Source: an uncultured Anaerolineaceae bacterium (GTDB lineage: Bacteria > Chloroflexota > Anaerolineae > JAAYZQ01). Taken from it: a stretch of DNA of 36,696 nucleotides. The DNA lies in the NCBI GenBank assembly GCA_964593865.1, contig CAZQKE010000132.1, positions 1 through 36,696 of the forward strand. Reading direction: 5' to 3'. Shown here piece after piece: positions 8,101-15,776 of this stretch. A model generated the notes under the pieces. That model was not told where the DNA came from, did not search any database, and saw only the letters and a list, made by a program, of their open reading frames with translations. Made by a program: the position numbers and the translations under genes. Each line of letters begins with the position of its first letter. The first letter of the stretch is position 1.

Positions 8101-8749
8101 CAGCGGGATTTTCATCCCCGCTGGTGAACCGAGAATACGCGGTTGAGACCGCCCCTGGCGGGCCGTTGGCCGACCGCCCGCCTGTGCGTGCGCGCCTGCC
8201 ATGCAGGCGGAAGCGTCCGCGTAGGCGGACGCCCGGCCGCAGGCCCGAAAGGAGCGACTTGAGTCGCCACTCGCACCCTCCCGCAGGCTGGGCGGCGGAT
8301 GCCCACAGCAGCGCATGGCAACGGCAAGCGGGACCTGTCCGGGCCACGGCTTACAAGCCTGCGGGAGGGTTCCCGCGCGGGATTTTCATCCCCGCTGGTG
8401 AGCCGAGAATACGCGGTTGAAACCGCCCCTGGCGGGCCGTTGGCCGACCGCCCGCCTGTGCGTGCGCGCCTGCCATGCAGGCGGAAGCGTCCGCGTAGGC
8501 GGACGCCCGGCCGCAGGCCCAAAAGGAGCGACTTGAGTCGCCACTCGCACCCTCCCGCAGGCCGGGCGGCGGATGCCCACAGCGGCGCATGGCAACGGCA
8601 AGCGGGACCTGTCCGGGCCACGGCTCACAAGCCTGCGGGAGGGTTCCCGCGCGGGATTTTCATCCCCGGTGGTGGGCCGAGAATACGCGGTTGAAACCGC
8701 CCCTGGTGGGCCGTTGGCCGACCGCCCGCACAGGCGGGCGGTCGGCCCA
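8101..8749. repeat. Tandem array of a ~277-nt structured element, about 2.3 copies: a 3' fragment, then two full units, then a diverged partial.
   Basis: The unit runs from GGTTGAAACCGCCCCTGGCGGG to GGGATTTTCATCCCCGCTGGTGAGCCGAGAATACGC. The two full units start at 8139 and 8416 and differ at about 6 positions, roughly 98 % identity. Internal hairpins include GCGTCCGC-GTAG-GCGGACGC, GCGACT-TGA-GTCGC, GCCTGC-CATG-CAGGC, and the 13-bp inverted repeat CCCTCCCGCAGGC-N55-GCCTGCGGGAGGG. Confidence 0.85.
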
Positions 8750-8775
8750 GGAGTCACGGCTTTCGCTGTCGCGCC

Positions 8776-8830
8776 GGTAGCGCAAGTTTCCAACTTGCGA
8801 GACCGCAAGCCGGAGGCTTGCGCAACGGCG
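8776..8830 (-). terminator. Tandem hairpins downstream of the small secreted-protein gene; a possible terminator, although no U-tract follows.
   Basis: The stems are CGCAAGTT-TCC-AACTTGCG (8 bp) and GCAAGCC-GGA-GGCTTGC (7 bp). They lie immediately 3' of the stop at 8874 in minus-strand sense. No uridine run follows either stem. Confidence 0.25.
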
Positions 8831-8873
8831 CAGGAAAACGCCCGCCCCCGGTCCAGGAGTCGCCGCCTCCGGG

Positions 8874-9158
8874 CTAGTGACTGCGCAGCACCAGGGGCAA
8901 ATAGACCCGCCACATCGGAGTCACGCCGCTGCCGCACCAAAAACCGCCGCACAGGCTGTGCCCGCTGCTAACGGTCTCGCCGGTCAACGGTTGACCGATG
9001 CTCCCCATCAGCAGGTGGTTCGCGTCGGCCGCCGAGCCACCGCCCCCGGCCACCACATGCCAGGAAAGGTCATAGTTGGCCGAAACTTGGGCCAGCACCG
9101 GCGCGACCACCGCCAGGAGCAGGCAGAGGGACAGGGCCGGAATGAGTTTGTCCTTCAT
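8874..9158 (-). CDS. Small secreted Gly/Cys-rich protein (94 aa) with the conserved C-terminal motif YLPLVLRSH; the B1 member of the duplicated cassette.
   Basis: The ATG at 9158 is preceded by GAGGAGGG. It lies 12 nt downstream of the upstream gene's stop. The signal peptide is MKDKLIPALSLCLLLAVVAPVLA. A CGGFWCG motif is present. The protein is paralogous to the one at 12431..12709. Confidence 0.6.
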   Translation of the reverse strand: MKDKLIPALSLCLLLAVVAPVLAQVSANYDLSWHVVAGGGGSAADANHLLMGSIGQPLTGETVSSGHSLCGGFWCGSGVTPMWRVYLPLVLRSH

Positions 9159-9170
9159 GTCATCCCTCCT

Positions 9171-11177
9171 CTACCGCTTGCTGACGGTGTTATCGTTGTT
9201 GTTGCTGATCCACATGTTGGCCCCGTCGAAGGCGATGTACAAGGGCCGGTCACCGACGGATACGGTGGCGACCGGTCCAAAGTCTGCGACGCGGACGATG
9301 CTCACCGTATCGTCATACTCGTTCACCACCCACATATTGGCTCCGTCAAAAGCCAGGGCCGTCGGCCCACTGCCGATGACGGGCGGCTGGAGCGTTTTGA
9401 CCAGTGCGCCGTCGCTGGCCCGGAAGACGCTGACCGTACCGCCGTCCAGGTTGGCAACCCACATGTTGGCGCCGTCAAAGGCGATGGCCGTCGGCCCGAC
9501 ACCGGCGGTGAGCGTCATCACGTGTGTCCCGTCGTTGGCGCGGATGACGCTGACCGTGCCGACCGAGTAATTCGTGATCCACATGTTGACCCCGTCAAAG
9601 GCGATGCCGCGCGGCCCTACGTCAAGGGTGGGCGTCATCACATGTGTCCCGTCGCTGGCGCGGATGACGCTTACATTTTTGCTGCCGTTGTTTACCACCC
9701 ACATATTGGCTCCGTCGAAGGCGAGGCGGAAGGGGATCGTGCCGACGGTGGGTGTCATCACATGGCTGCAATCGCTGGCCCGCAACACGCTGACAGTATT
9801 GTTGTCCCTGTTTGTGACCCACATGTTAACTCCGTCGAAGGCGATGGTATCGGGGTTGAGGCCGACGGTGCAGGTCATCACCCGCTCGCCGGTGCTGGCC
9901 CGCAGCACGGTGACGGAATCGGGGCCATAGTTTGCCACCCATATATTGGCTCCATCAAAGGCAATGCCGCTTGGCTGCTGGCCGGTGGGGAAACTCAGGT
10001 CGGTGGCGATGGCCGGATACCACTTGAGCAGGGCGATCTGTTGCAGATTCGGCCCCTGGATGAGGGAGGGACCGAGCGTTGCCAGGGCAAACCCATCCCC
10101 ACTGGAAGCTCCCAAGCCGACGCCGTGGGTGCTGGTGAAGTAGCCTCCCACACCGTTCCCCCGGTTTTCACCGATGACGGCGGCGTAGCTCTCCCGAGAG
10201 TTGGCGTGGACCCCTGCGCCGTGGGTGCTGGTAAAGTAACCGGCCGTGCTGCTGATGCTCATGCCGTGGACGCCGACGTCGTTGGTGCTGAAACCCAGGA
10301 CGCCAAAGCCATCTGCGCTTTCGCCCAGCACTCCAACGACCGGGCCGTGCCCCTTGACACCGATCTCGCTACCGCTGCTCCCGATGATGCCGATGTCTTG
10401 GGTGCTTGTAAAGAAACCGGCCACACCTTTGCTCAAGCCGTAAACGCCGTAGCCTGTATCGCTGGCTCCTTGCAGGCCCGGTCCTGCTGCATAGTTCTCG
10501 CCCCAGATGGCCGCCGAGGTATCGGAACCGGTGCCGCCGTAGACCGCCGAGGAGGTGTTGCTGCCGAATTCACCGCCGAACCCGTCCTGGCTCGTCGCCA
10601 GGATGCCGGCTCCGCCCGTGCTCCAGGCGTGGACCGCTGCCCGGTCGCCGTTGGCGTACAGACCGACGGCACCGCTGCCTTTGTTGATGGCATACAGTAC
10701 GGCGGTGTTCTCGTTGCCGGCAAGCCCGCCGCTGATGACCGCTCCCGGCCGCAGCGAGAGAGCGTAGGGAACGGGGAACAGCGGCTGGCGGGGTGTCATC
10801 TCTGCCTCTCCCTGGAGCTGCACCCCCAGCCACAACGCCCGCCCGTCAACCAGGCCGGGGTCCACGCCGTCCAGATAGGCGGTGAAAAAGCCTTCCTCTA
10901 CGGATACGCTGATCGCCTGCGACCACACCGCCGCGCCGCCGGGCGAATCGTACAGACGGAAGGTGATCGTCCGGACGCCGTTGACCGGGTCGCCGTTGCT
11001 ATCCAACAAGCGGCCCTGGTAGGAAATGGTCCCGGAAACGACGTTGCCAACCGCCGCCGATGAGGCCGTCGGGCCGGTCACACCCGGCCCGGCCTGAACG
11101 CCGCCGACGATCAGCAACAGGACGGCCAATGCCAGGGCAAATACGATGCCGACAGAGATTGCTTGCTTTTTGTCCAT
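9171..11177 (-). CDS. N-terminally anchored surface protein (668 aa); the A1 member of the duplicated cassette. It carries a shared N-terminal module, a Gly-rich repeat region and a C-terminal beta-propeller of about 8 blades of the YVTN type.
   Basis: The ATG at 11177 is preceded by AAGGAGG. The track ORF extends 72 codons into the repeat element and is not believed. The N-terminal transmembrane anchor is ISVGIVFALALAVLLLIVGGV. The shared module runs from YQGRLLDSNGDPVNG to PRQPL. Repeats of GVxGxS and GYFTS types follow. There are 8 repeats of about 42 aa of the form AFDGANMWVxN..TVSVxRASDG.HVMT. Confidence 0.8.
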   Translation of the reverse strand: MDKKQAISVGIVFALALAVLLLIVGGVQAGPGVTGPTASSAAVGNVVSGTISYQGRLLDSNGDPVNGVRTITFRLYDSPGGAAVWSQAISVSVEEGFFTAYLDGVDPGLVDGRALWLGVQLQGEAEMTPRQPLFPVPYALSLRPGAVISGGLAGNENTAVLYAINKGSGAVGLYANGDRAAVHAWSTGGAGILATSQDGFGGEFGSNTSSAVYGGTGSDTSAAIWGENYAAGPGLQGASDTGYGVYGLSKGVAGFFTSTQDIGIIGSSGSEIGVKGHGPVVGVLGESADGFGVLGFSTNDVGVHGMSISSTAGYFTSTHGAGVHANSRESYAAVIGENRGNGVGGYFTSTHGVGLGASSGDGFALATLGPSLIQGPNLQQIALLKWYPAIATDLSFPTGQQPSGIAFDGANIWVANYGPDSVTVLRASTGERVMTCTVGLNPDTIAFDGVNMWVTNRDNNTVSVLRASDCSHVMTPTVGTIPFRLAFDGANMWVVNNGSKNVSVIRASDGTHVMTPTLDVGPRGIAFDGVNMWITNYSVGTVSVIRANDGTHVMTLTAGVGPTAIAFDGANMWVANLDGGTVSVFRASDGALVKTLQPPVIGSGPTALAFDGANMWVVNEYDDTVSIVRVADFGPVATVSVGDRPLYIAFDGANMWISNNNDNTVSKR
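9190..9990. repeat. Intragenic tandem DNA repeats with a period of about 126 nt, encoding the YVTN blades.
   Basis: Eight recurring copies of CACATGTTGGC(N)CCGTC(A/G)AAGGCGATG are seen, roughly 126 nt apart. They correspond to the AFDGANMWV blade motif read on the minus strand. Confidence 0.7.
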
Positions 11178-11217
11178 TTTCTTCCTCCTTTTCACACTTT
11201 TTGCTTCTTTGAAAACA

Positions 11218-11385
11218 GCGGTTGAAACCGCCCCTGGCGGGCCGTTGGCCGACCGCCCGCCTACGCGGGCGGAAGCGGGAGCGTCCGCGTAGGCGGACGC
11301 CCGGCCACAGGCCCAAAAGGAGCGACTTGAGTCGCCACCGTCTCCGGCGCGAGCAGCCGGGATTTTCATCCCCGGTGGTGAGCCG
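11218..11385. repeat. Shortened modular copy of the ~277-nt structured element.
   Basis: It shares GCGGTTGAAACCGCCCCTGGCGGGCCGTTGGCCGACCGCCCGC, GCGTCCGCGTAGGCGGACGCCCGGCC, CAGGCCCAAAAGGAGCGACTTGAGTCGCCAC and the terminal GGGATTTTCATCCCCGGTGGTGAGCCG with the array at 8101-8749. It lacks the ~125-nt module containing the 13-bp inverted repeat. It fills the spacer between the hydrolase stop at 11390 and the surface-protein start at 11177. Confidence 0.8.
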
Positions 11386-11389
11386 GGGG

Positions 11390-12271
11390 TCACCTGGACT
11401 TTAGAAATTCGATGAGGAGCGGGTTGACCCGGTCCGCCCGCTCATAGTGGGGCACATGCCCCGCTTCCTCGATGGCCCGGAACTCAAGGTTGGGGATCAG
11501 CCGCCGGACCTCCCGGCTGAGGGCAAAGGGGATCACCCTATCCCGGCGGCCCCAGATCAGCAGCACGGGGCGATCCTGCCGCCCCACGCTTTCATACTCG
11601 GCCCGGACGCCGGTCAGCAGCCCGCTCCGCAGGGTGGAAAGCAAAGCCTTTTTGAACCCGCGATAGGGCATCTGGCGACGGTATTTTTCCACATAAGCCG
11701 GATCGGGGAACCGGTCGGTGTCGTAAAAGTCGTCCCGCAGCCCGGCAACGAGCACCCGGTCCCCCAGCAAGCCCATCATCCATTCGCCCAGCCGGGGGAG
11801 CGTGACCAGCCGGGCCATCAGGGAAGGCTTTTGCGGCAGGCCCGCCGGATCGATCAGGACCAGCCGCCGCACCCGGTCGGGGTGGCGGCTGGTAAAGACG
11901 ACGGCAATGGCCCCGCCCATGGATAGGCCGATCAGGTCCACAGGGCCGGATATGTCCAGAGCGGAGAGGAGTCCCAGCAACTGCCGGTCGAACAGGTCGG
12001 CGTCATAGGTCGTGTCGGGCCGGTCGGAATAACCCCGGCCGTAGAGGTCGTAGCGCAGCACACGGAACCCGGCCCGGACCAAGGCGGCAAAGGTGGGGTC
12101 CCAGATGTGGTAGGGGACCGAAAAGCCGTGTACCAGGACCACGACCTGTCCCTCCGGCGGCCCGGCCATCTCATAGTGGACCATCCCTTCCGGCAGGGCG
12201 ACGAATTGACCGGGTGCGGCAGCGCGGGCTGCCGCATCCAGGTCACGCGATTCTCCAAACTTTGCAGGCAT
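11390..12271 (-). CDS. Alpha/beta-fold hydrolase.
   Basis: The ATG at 12271 is preceded by GGGAGGGG. A GxSxG nucleophile elbow is present (GLSMGG). The VLVHGF oxyanion region is present, as are a C-terminal Asp and His (AGHVPHY). The substrate is unknown. Confidence 0.8.
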   Translation of the reverse strand: MPAKFGESRDLDAAARAAAPGQFVALPEGMVHYEMAGPPEGQVVVLVHGFSVPYHIWDPTFAALVRAGFRVLRYDLYGRGYSDRPDTTYDADLFDRQLLGLLSALDISGPVDLIGLSMGGAIAVVFTSRHPDRVRRLVLIDPAGLPQKPSLMARLVTLPRLGEWMMGLLGDRVLVAGLRDDFYDTDRFPDPAYVEKYRRQMPYRGFKKALLSTLRSGLLTGVRAEYESVGRQDRPVLLIWGRRDRVIPFALSREVRRLIPNLEFRAIEEAGHVPHYERADRVNPLLIEFLKSR

Positions 12272-12430
12272 TTCCCCTCCCGATCCGGCTTCAGGGCAAA
12301 GGCATTTATCGTCTCCCCGGCCCACCGCAGAGGTGCGGAGAGGACCTACGTAGAACTCGCCGTCTCCCGGCAATTCCGGGCGAACCCTGCAAGTGCGCTT
12401 GCCCGAATCCGACCCCTTGCCGGTCTTGGT

Positions 12431-12709
12431 CTAATGGTTGCGCAGTATGCAAGGTAGGTAGAGACAGCAGCAGCCGCTGCCCCGCAATGCCGGGGCGGCA
12501 GGGCTGAGCAGATACCCCGGTCCGCCGACGACGCCGCCCACACGCCAGGCCAGGACGGTCAGGTGATAGGTCCCGCCGGAGGTAACTCCCGCCTCGACGG
12601 TGTACGGCGCGGCGGTGGGCCGCCCGCCGGACCGGGCGGAGACGACTCCGGTCAGCAACAGCGTGCAGACCAGGATGGCCGGGATGATCCAGAGCGCATA
12701 TCTTTTCAT
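12431..12709 (-). CDS. Small secreted Gly/Cys-rich protein (92 aa) ending in YLPCILRNH; the B2 member of the duplicated cassette.
   Basis: Its ATG overlaps the upstream gene's stop as ATGA at 12706-12709. The signal peptide is MKRYALWIIPAILVCTLLLTGVVSA. A GSGCCC cluster is present. The C-terminus is paralogous to that of the 8874..9158 product. Confidence 0.6.
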   Translation of the reverse strand: MKRYALWIIPAILVCTLLLTGVVSARSGGRPTAAPYTVEAGVTSGGTYHLTVLAWRVGGVVGGPGYLLSPAAPALRGSGCCCLYLPCILRNH

Positions 12710-13896
12710 CGTTCACCCTCCGGTTTTTCCAGCCGCCGGTCCTCGTAGCCCAGCCGCTTGGCAACGATGCGGTAATCAAAAGAACAGGACGAGGGTTGCC
12801 CGTCGAGGGTCACACCGCGTACGGTAAAGCCGGTGGTTCCCTTGTCGGTGACGAACAGCAGCACCGGCTCCCGGCACAGCGGGGTTACAAAAACGTGATA
12901 CTCGGTTTTCAAGTTGACCGTCTGGGCAAAGATGGGATCAAAGACAACGGTGGCCTCACCGTCCGACAGGGATGCGCTGCCCAGGTCCTCAAACCAAACT
13001 TCGGGACTCTCAACGGCATACAGCAGGCGGCGGCCATGGTCGGCCGTTTTGACCAGGGCCGATTTGCTGCCGGTGCAGTTCAGGTTCCCGCTTTCGTCAA
13101 TGGTGCATACGTCGGTGCCCCCCGAATTTTTGACCCGCAAGGTATGGTCCTCGCCGCCGTCGTTGTCCAGCTTCAGGACAATGTCGGCATTGCTGGAAAG
13201 CCACAGTTGGCTGTCTCCGCTGTCGGCGGCGTTGATCCGGCCGATATCCCCGCCCAGGCCCAGGTCAAGGTGGTCGTTGCTGCTGGAAAAATAGCCGCCG
13301 TAGTCGGTTTCGCTTACGCCGTACACGCCCGGACCGCTCTTGCTGCTGGCCAGGATGCCTTTGGTATCCGCCAAGCCGGAGATGTTAAAGAGGGCCAGGC
13401 CCCAAAAATCTTCCCCCGTCCACGATTCGCCAAAGTGGTCGTGGGGACAGGAAGAGCCGGCGGTGGGAGCGGACGGGGCGGACGGGGCCAGTCGCTGGCG
13501 CGGGTTCAGTAGGGTGAACTCGGTTTCCCCCGGCCCGCGCACCCCCACCTCCAACCAGAGGTTGTCTTCCTCCAGCACCGCCGGGGGGATTCCCTCCTTG
13601 CTTCCAAGAGAAGTGAAGAATGTGCCGTTCTTGACCGCCACCCCCGCCTGTGTCTCCGTCCACAACGGTTGCCCGCCGGTTGCGACATTGTACAGGGCAA
13701 AGGTGAAATCATAGCGCCCGTCGGCCACCGCTTGCCCCGCCTCTTTGCTCAGGCGACCGGGGTAGGGGATGGTCACGCCGGGGGAAGCGGTCTCTTGCTC
13801 CGGCGACAGGGCACGCACCGTGTCGGCCAAACGAGGGATAAGCCCCACGGCCAACACCAAAACACCGACGATCAGCAAAGTTTTCTTCGCAGACAT
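12706..13896 (-). CDS. N-terminally anchored surface protein (396 aa); the A2 member of the duplicated cassette. It has the shared N-terminal module and an unrelated C-terminal beta-rich domain.
   Basis: The ATG at 13896 is preceded by AAAGGAGG. The transmembrane anchor is KKTLLIVGVLVLAVGLI. The shared module (YPGRLSKEAGQAVADGRYDFTFALYN...PLWTETQ...FFTSLG...LWLEV...PRQRL) aligns with residues 40-150 of the 9171..11177 product. The C-terminal domain contains GVYGVSETDYGGYF. Confidence 0.75.
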   Translation of the reverse strand: MSAKKTLLIVGVLVLAVGLIPRLADTVRALSPEQETASPGVTIPYPGRLSKEAGQAVADGRYDFTFALYNVATGGQPLWTETQAGVAVKNGTFFTSLGSKEGIPPAVLEEDNLWLEVGVRGPGETEFTLLNPRQRLAPSAPSAPTAGSSCPHDHFGESWTGEDFWGLALFNISGLADTKGILASSKSGPGVYGVSETDYGGYFSSSNDHLDLGLGGDIGRINAADSGDSQLWLSSNADIVLKLDNDGGEDHTLRVKNSGGTDVCTIDESGNLNCTGSKSALVKTADHGRRLLYAVESPEVWFEDLGSASLSDGEATVVFDPIFAQTVNLKTEYHVFVTPLCREPVLLFVTDKGTTGFTVRGVTLDGQPSSCSFDYRIVAKRLGYEDRRLEKPEGER

Positions 13897-13921
13897 GTTT
13901 TTTCCTCCTTTCTAATTTCGG

Positions 13922-15613
13922 TCAGGATCGGTGCTCCTTCCGCAGTTCGCGGCGCAGGACTTTGCCCACCGTACTCTTGGGCAGATCGGCACGGAATTCA
14001 ACGTAGCGGGGAACCTTGTAGGCGGCGAGTTGGTCTTTGCACCAGGCCCGCAATTCCTCTTCGGTCAGGCTCCGGCCCGGCCGCAGCACCACGAAAGCCT
14101 TGACCGCCTCGCCCTGATAGTCATCGGGCACGCCGACCACGCCGACTTCGGCTACGGCGGGGTGGGCGGCGATGACCTCTTCCACCTCTCGCGGCCAGAC
14201 CTGAAAGCCGCCGGGCTTGATGACATCCTTTTTGCGATCCACGATGTGCAGGTAGCCTTCCTCGTCTAGGTAGCCGATGTCGCCGGTGTGGAGCCAGCGT
14301 TTGCCGTCCACCTCACGGACCGCCTGGGCGGTTTCTTCAGGGCGTTGCCAATAGCCGGTCATGATCTGGGGCGCGTGCATGAGGATCTCGCCCATCTCGC
14401 CCAAGGGCAGCGTGCGCTCACCCGTTTCCACGTCCACGATGCGCAGTTCCACATCGGGGAAGGGCAGCCCCACGGCGCCCGGCTTGTACTTGCCCTGCAC
14501 GGGCGTCATGGCGCCGGTGCAGGTGGATTCGGTGAGGGCATAGGCCTCCACCATGCGCCCGCCGGTCAGCTCCTCGAAACGCTGCTTGATCTCGGCGAGC
14601 AGGGGCGCAGCCCCGGAAATGTGGAGTTTGAGGCTGCGGAGATCGGCCTTGCCCGCCTGCACGTCGGGGTGCTTCATCATGGCGATAAAGAGGGTGGGCA
14701 CGCCGGGCAGGAAGGCAGGCCGAACCTTGCGGATGGTGGCCAGCACGTCGTCCATGTCGCGCGGGTTGGGGACGAGGGCCAGGGGCTGATGGCCCACAAA
14801 GCCGGTGGCGCACACGCCCGCCAGGCCGTAAATGTGGAAGGTAGGCATGAGGGCCAGGACGATGTCCTCCCAGTCCACCAATACCTCCCCGAACCAGGCG
14901 TTGATCTGCATCCCCGTCATCACCAGGCCCTGGTGGGTGATGACGGCGGCTTTGGGCAAGCCCGTCGTGCCGCCGGTGAACATGAGCAGAGCAGGGTCAT
15001 CGGGTTTGACGGGGACATCGGGCCGGGGGGCGTCCAGGCCCTCCCGGATCATCTCTTGCAACCAGGCGTCGCCCGGCTGCAAGGTGATGCGATGCCCCTC
15101 CTTTTTCTCTTTGAGCAGGGTAAAGAGGAGACGCAACAGGCCGGGCAGGTATTCCTTGATGTTGGTGGCGATGACCTGTCGAACGGCGGTCTCGCCTTGC
15201 AGGGCCTTGATTTTGGCGTAAAAGGGGGTGAGCACAACGGCGGCGACGGCCCCGGTGTAGCGCAGCGCGTGTTTGAGCTCCCGCTCGGTGTAGAGGGGGT
15301 TGATGGGGGTGACGATGGCGCCTGCCTTCCACGCGCCGAACAGGGCGATAAAGAACTGGGGCGAATTGGGGATGAGCAGGGCCACCCGGTCGCCCGGCTG
15401 CACGCCCTGGGCAACCAGGGCGGCGGCAAAGGCGTCGCTTTCCCGTTGAAAGCGGGCGTAGTCGACGGTCGCGCCCTTGAAGAGGAAGGCGGGGTGATCG
15501 GGCCGCCGGCGGGTGGTGCCGTGCACCACGTCTATCAGGGTTTGTTGGGGGTAGGGCCGTAAGGTATGGGGCACACCTTTATCGTAGCTTTTGAACCAGG
15601 GATGTTCGTTCAT
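13922..15613 (-). CDS. AMP-dependent acyl-CoA synthetase/ligase of the long-chain fatty-acid CoA ligase type.
   Basis: The ATG at 15613 has a GGAGGGAAAGG RBS. The AMP-binding motif is FTGGTTGLPKAAVITH. The TGDIGYLDEEGYLHIVDRKKDVIK region is present, as is the C-terminal PKSTVGKVLRREL. Confidence 0.9.
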   Translation of the reverse strand: MNEHPWFKSYDKGVPHTLRPYPQQTLIDVVHGTTRRRPDHPAFLFKGATVDYARFQRESDAFAAALVAQGVQPGDRVALLIPNSPQFFIALFGAWKAGAIVTPINPLYTERELKHALRYTGAVAAVVLTPFYAKIKALQGETAVRQVIATNIKEYLPGLLRLLFTLLKEKKEGHRITLQPGDAWLQEMIREGLDAPRPDVPVKPDDPALLMFTGGTTGLPKAAVITHQGLVMTGMQINAWFGEVLVDWEDIVLALMPTFHIYGLAGVCATGFVGHQPLALVPNPRDMDDVLATIRKVRPAFLPGVPTLFIAMMKHPDVQAGKADLRSLKLHISGAAPLLAEIKQRFEELTGGRMVEAYALTESTCTGAMTPVQGKYKPGAVGLPFPDVELRIVDVETGERTLPLGEMGEILMHAPQIMTGYWQRPEETAQAVREVDGKRWLHTGDIGYLDEEGYLHIVDRKKDVIKPGGFQVWPREVEEVIAAHPAVAEVGVVGVPDDYQGEAVKAFVVLRPGRSLTEEELRAWCKDQLAAYKVPRYVEFRADLPKSTVGKVLRRELRKEHRS

Positions 15614-15776
15614 TTTCCTTTCCCTCCTTCACCCCCCGCCGGTTCAACCGGACCGGAGGCCCGGCAACCTGCGGGAGGGTACGCCTGCCTTTGCCCCGCC
15701 GGCGTTCGATCTCGGCTTCCCGCCCCCGGTGGGTGCGGTTGATGTCGTACGAACCGGCAGACATGCGCATCTCCTC

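Noticed and set aside
8101-8749. CRISPR array.
   Set aside because: The period, about 277 nt, is far too long. The units are near-identical throughout, with no repeat/spacer alternation. No cas genes are present.
8112-8952. ORFs across the repeat array (8112..8621, 8386..8952, 8299..8694 and others), together with the upstream extensions of ORFs 5605..8316 and 9171..11393 into the repeats.
   Set aside because: The translations simply repeat with the DNA period. They contain no plausible domains. The downstream genes have proper ribosome-binding sites and signal peptides at internal ATGs.
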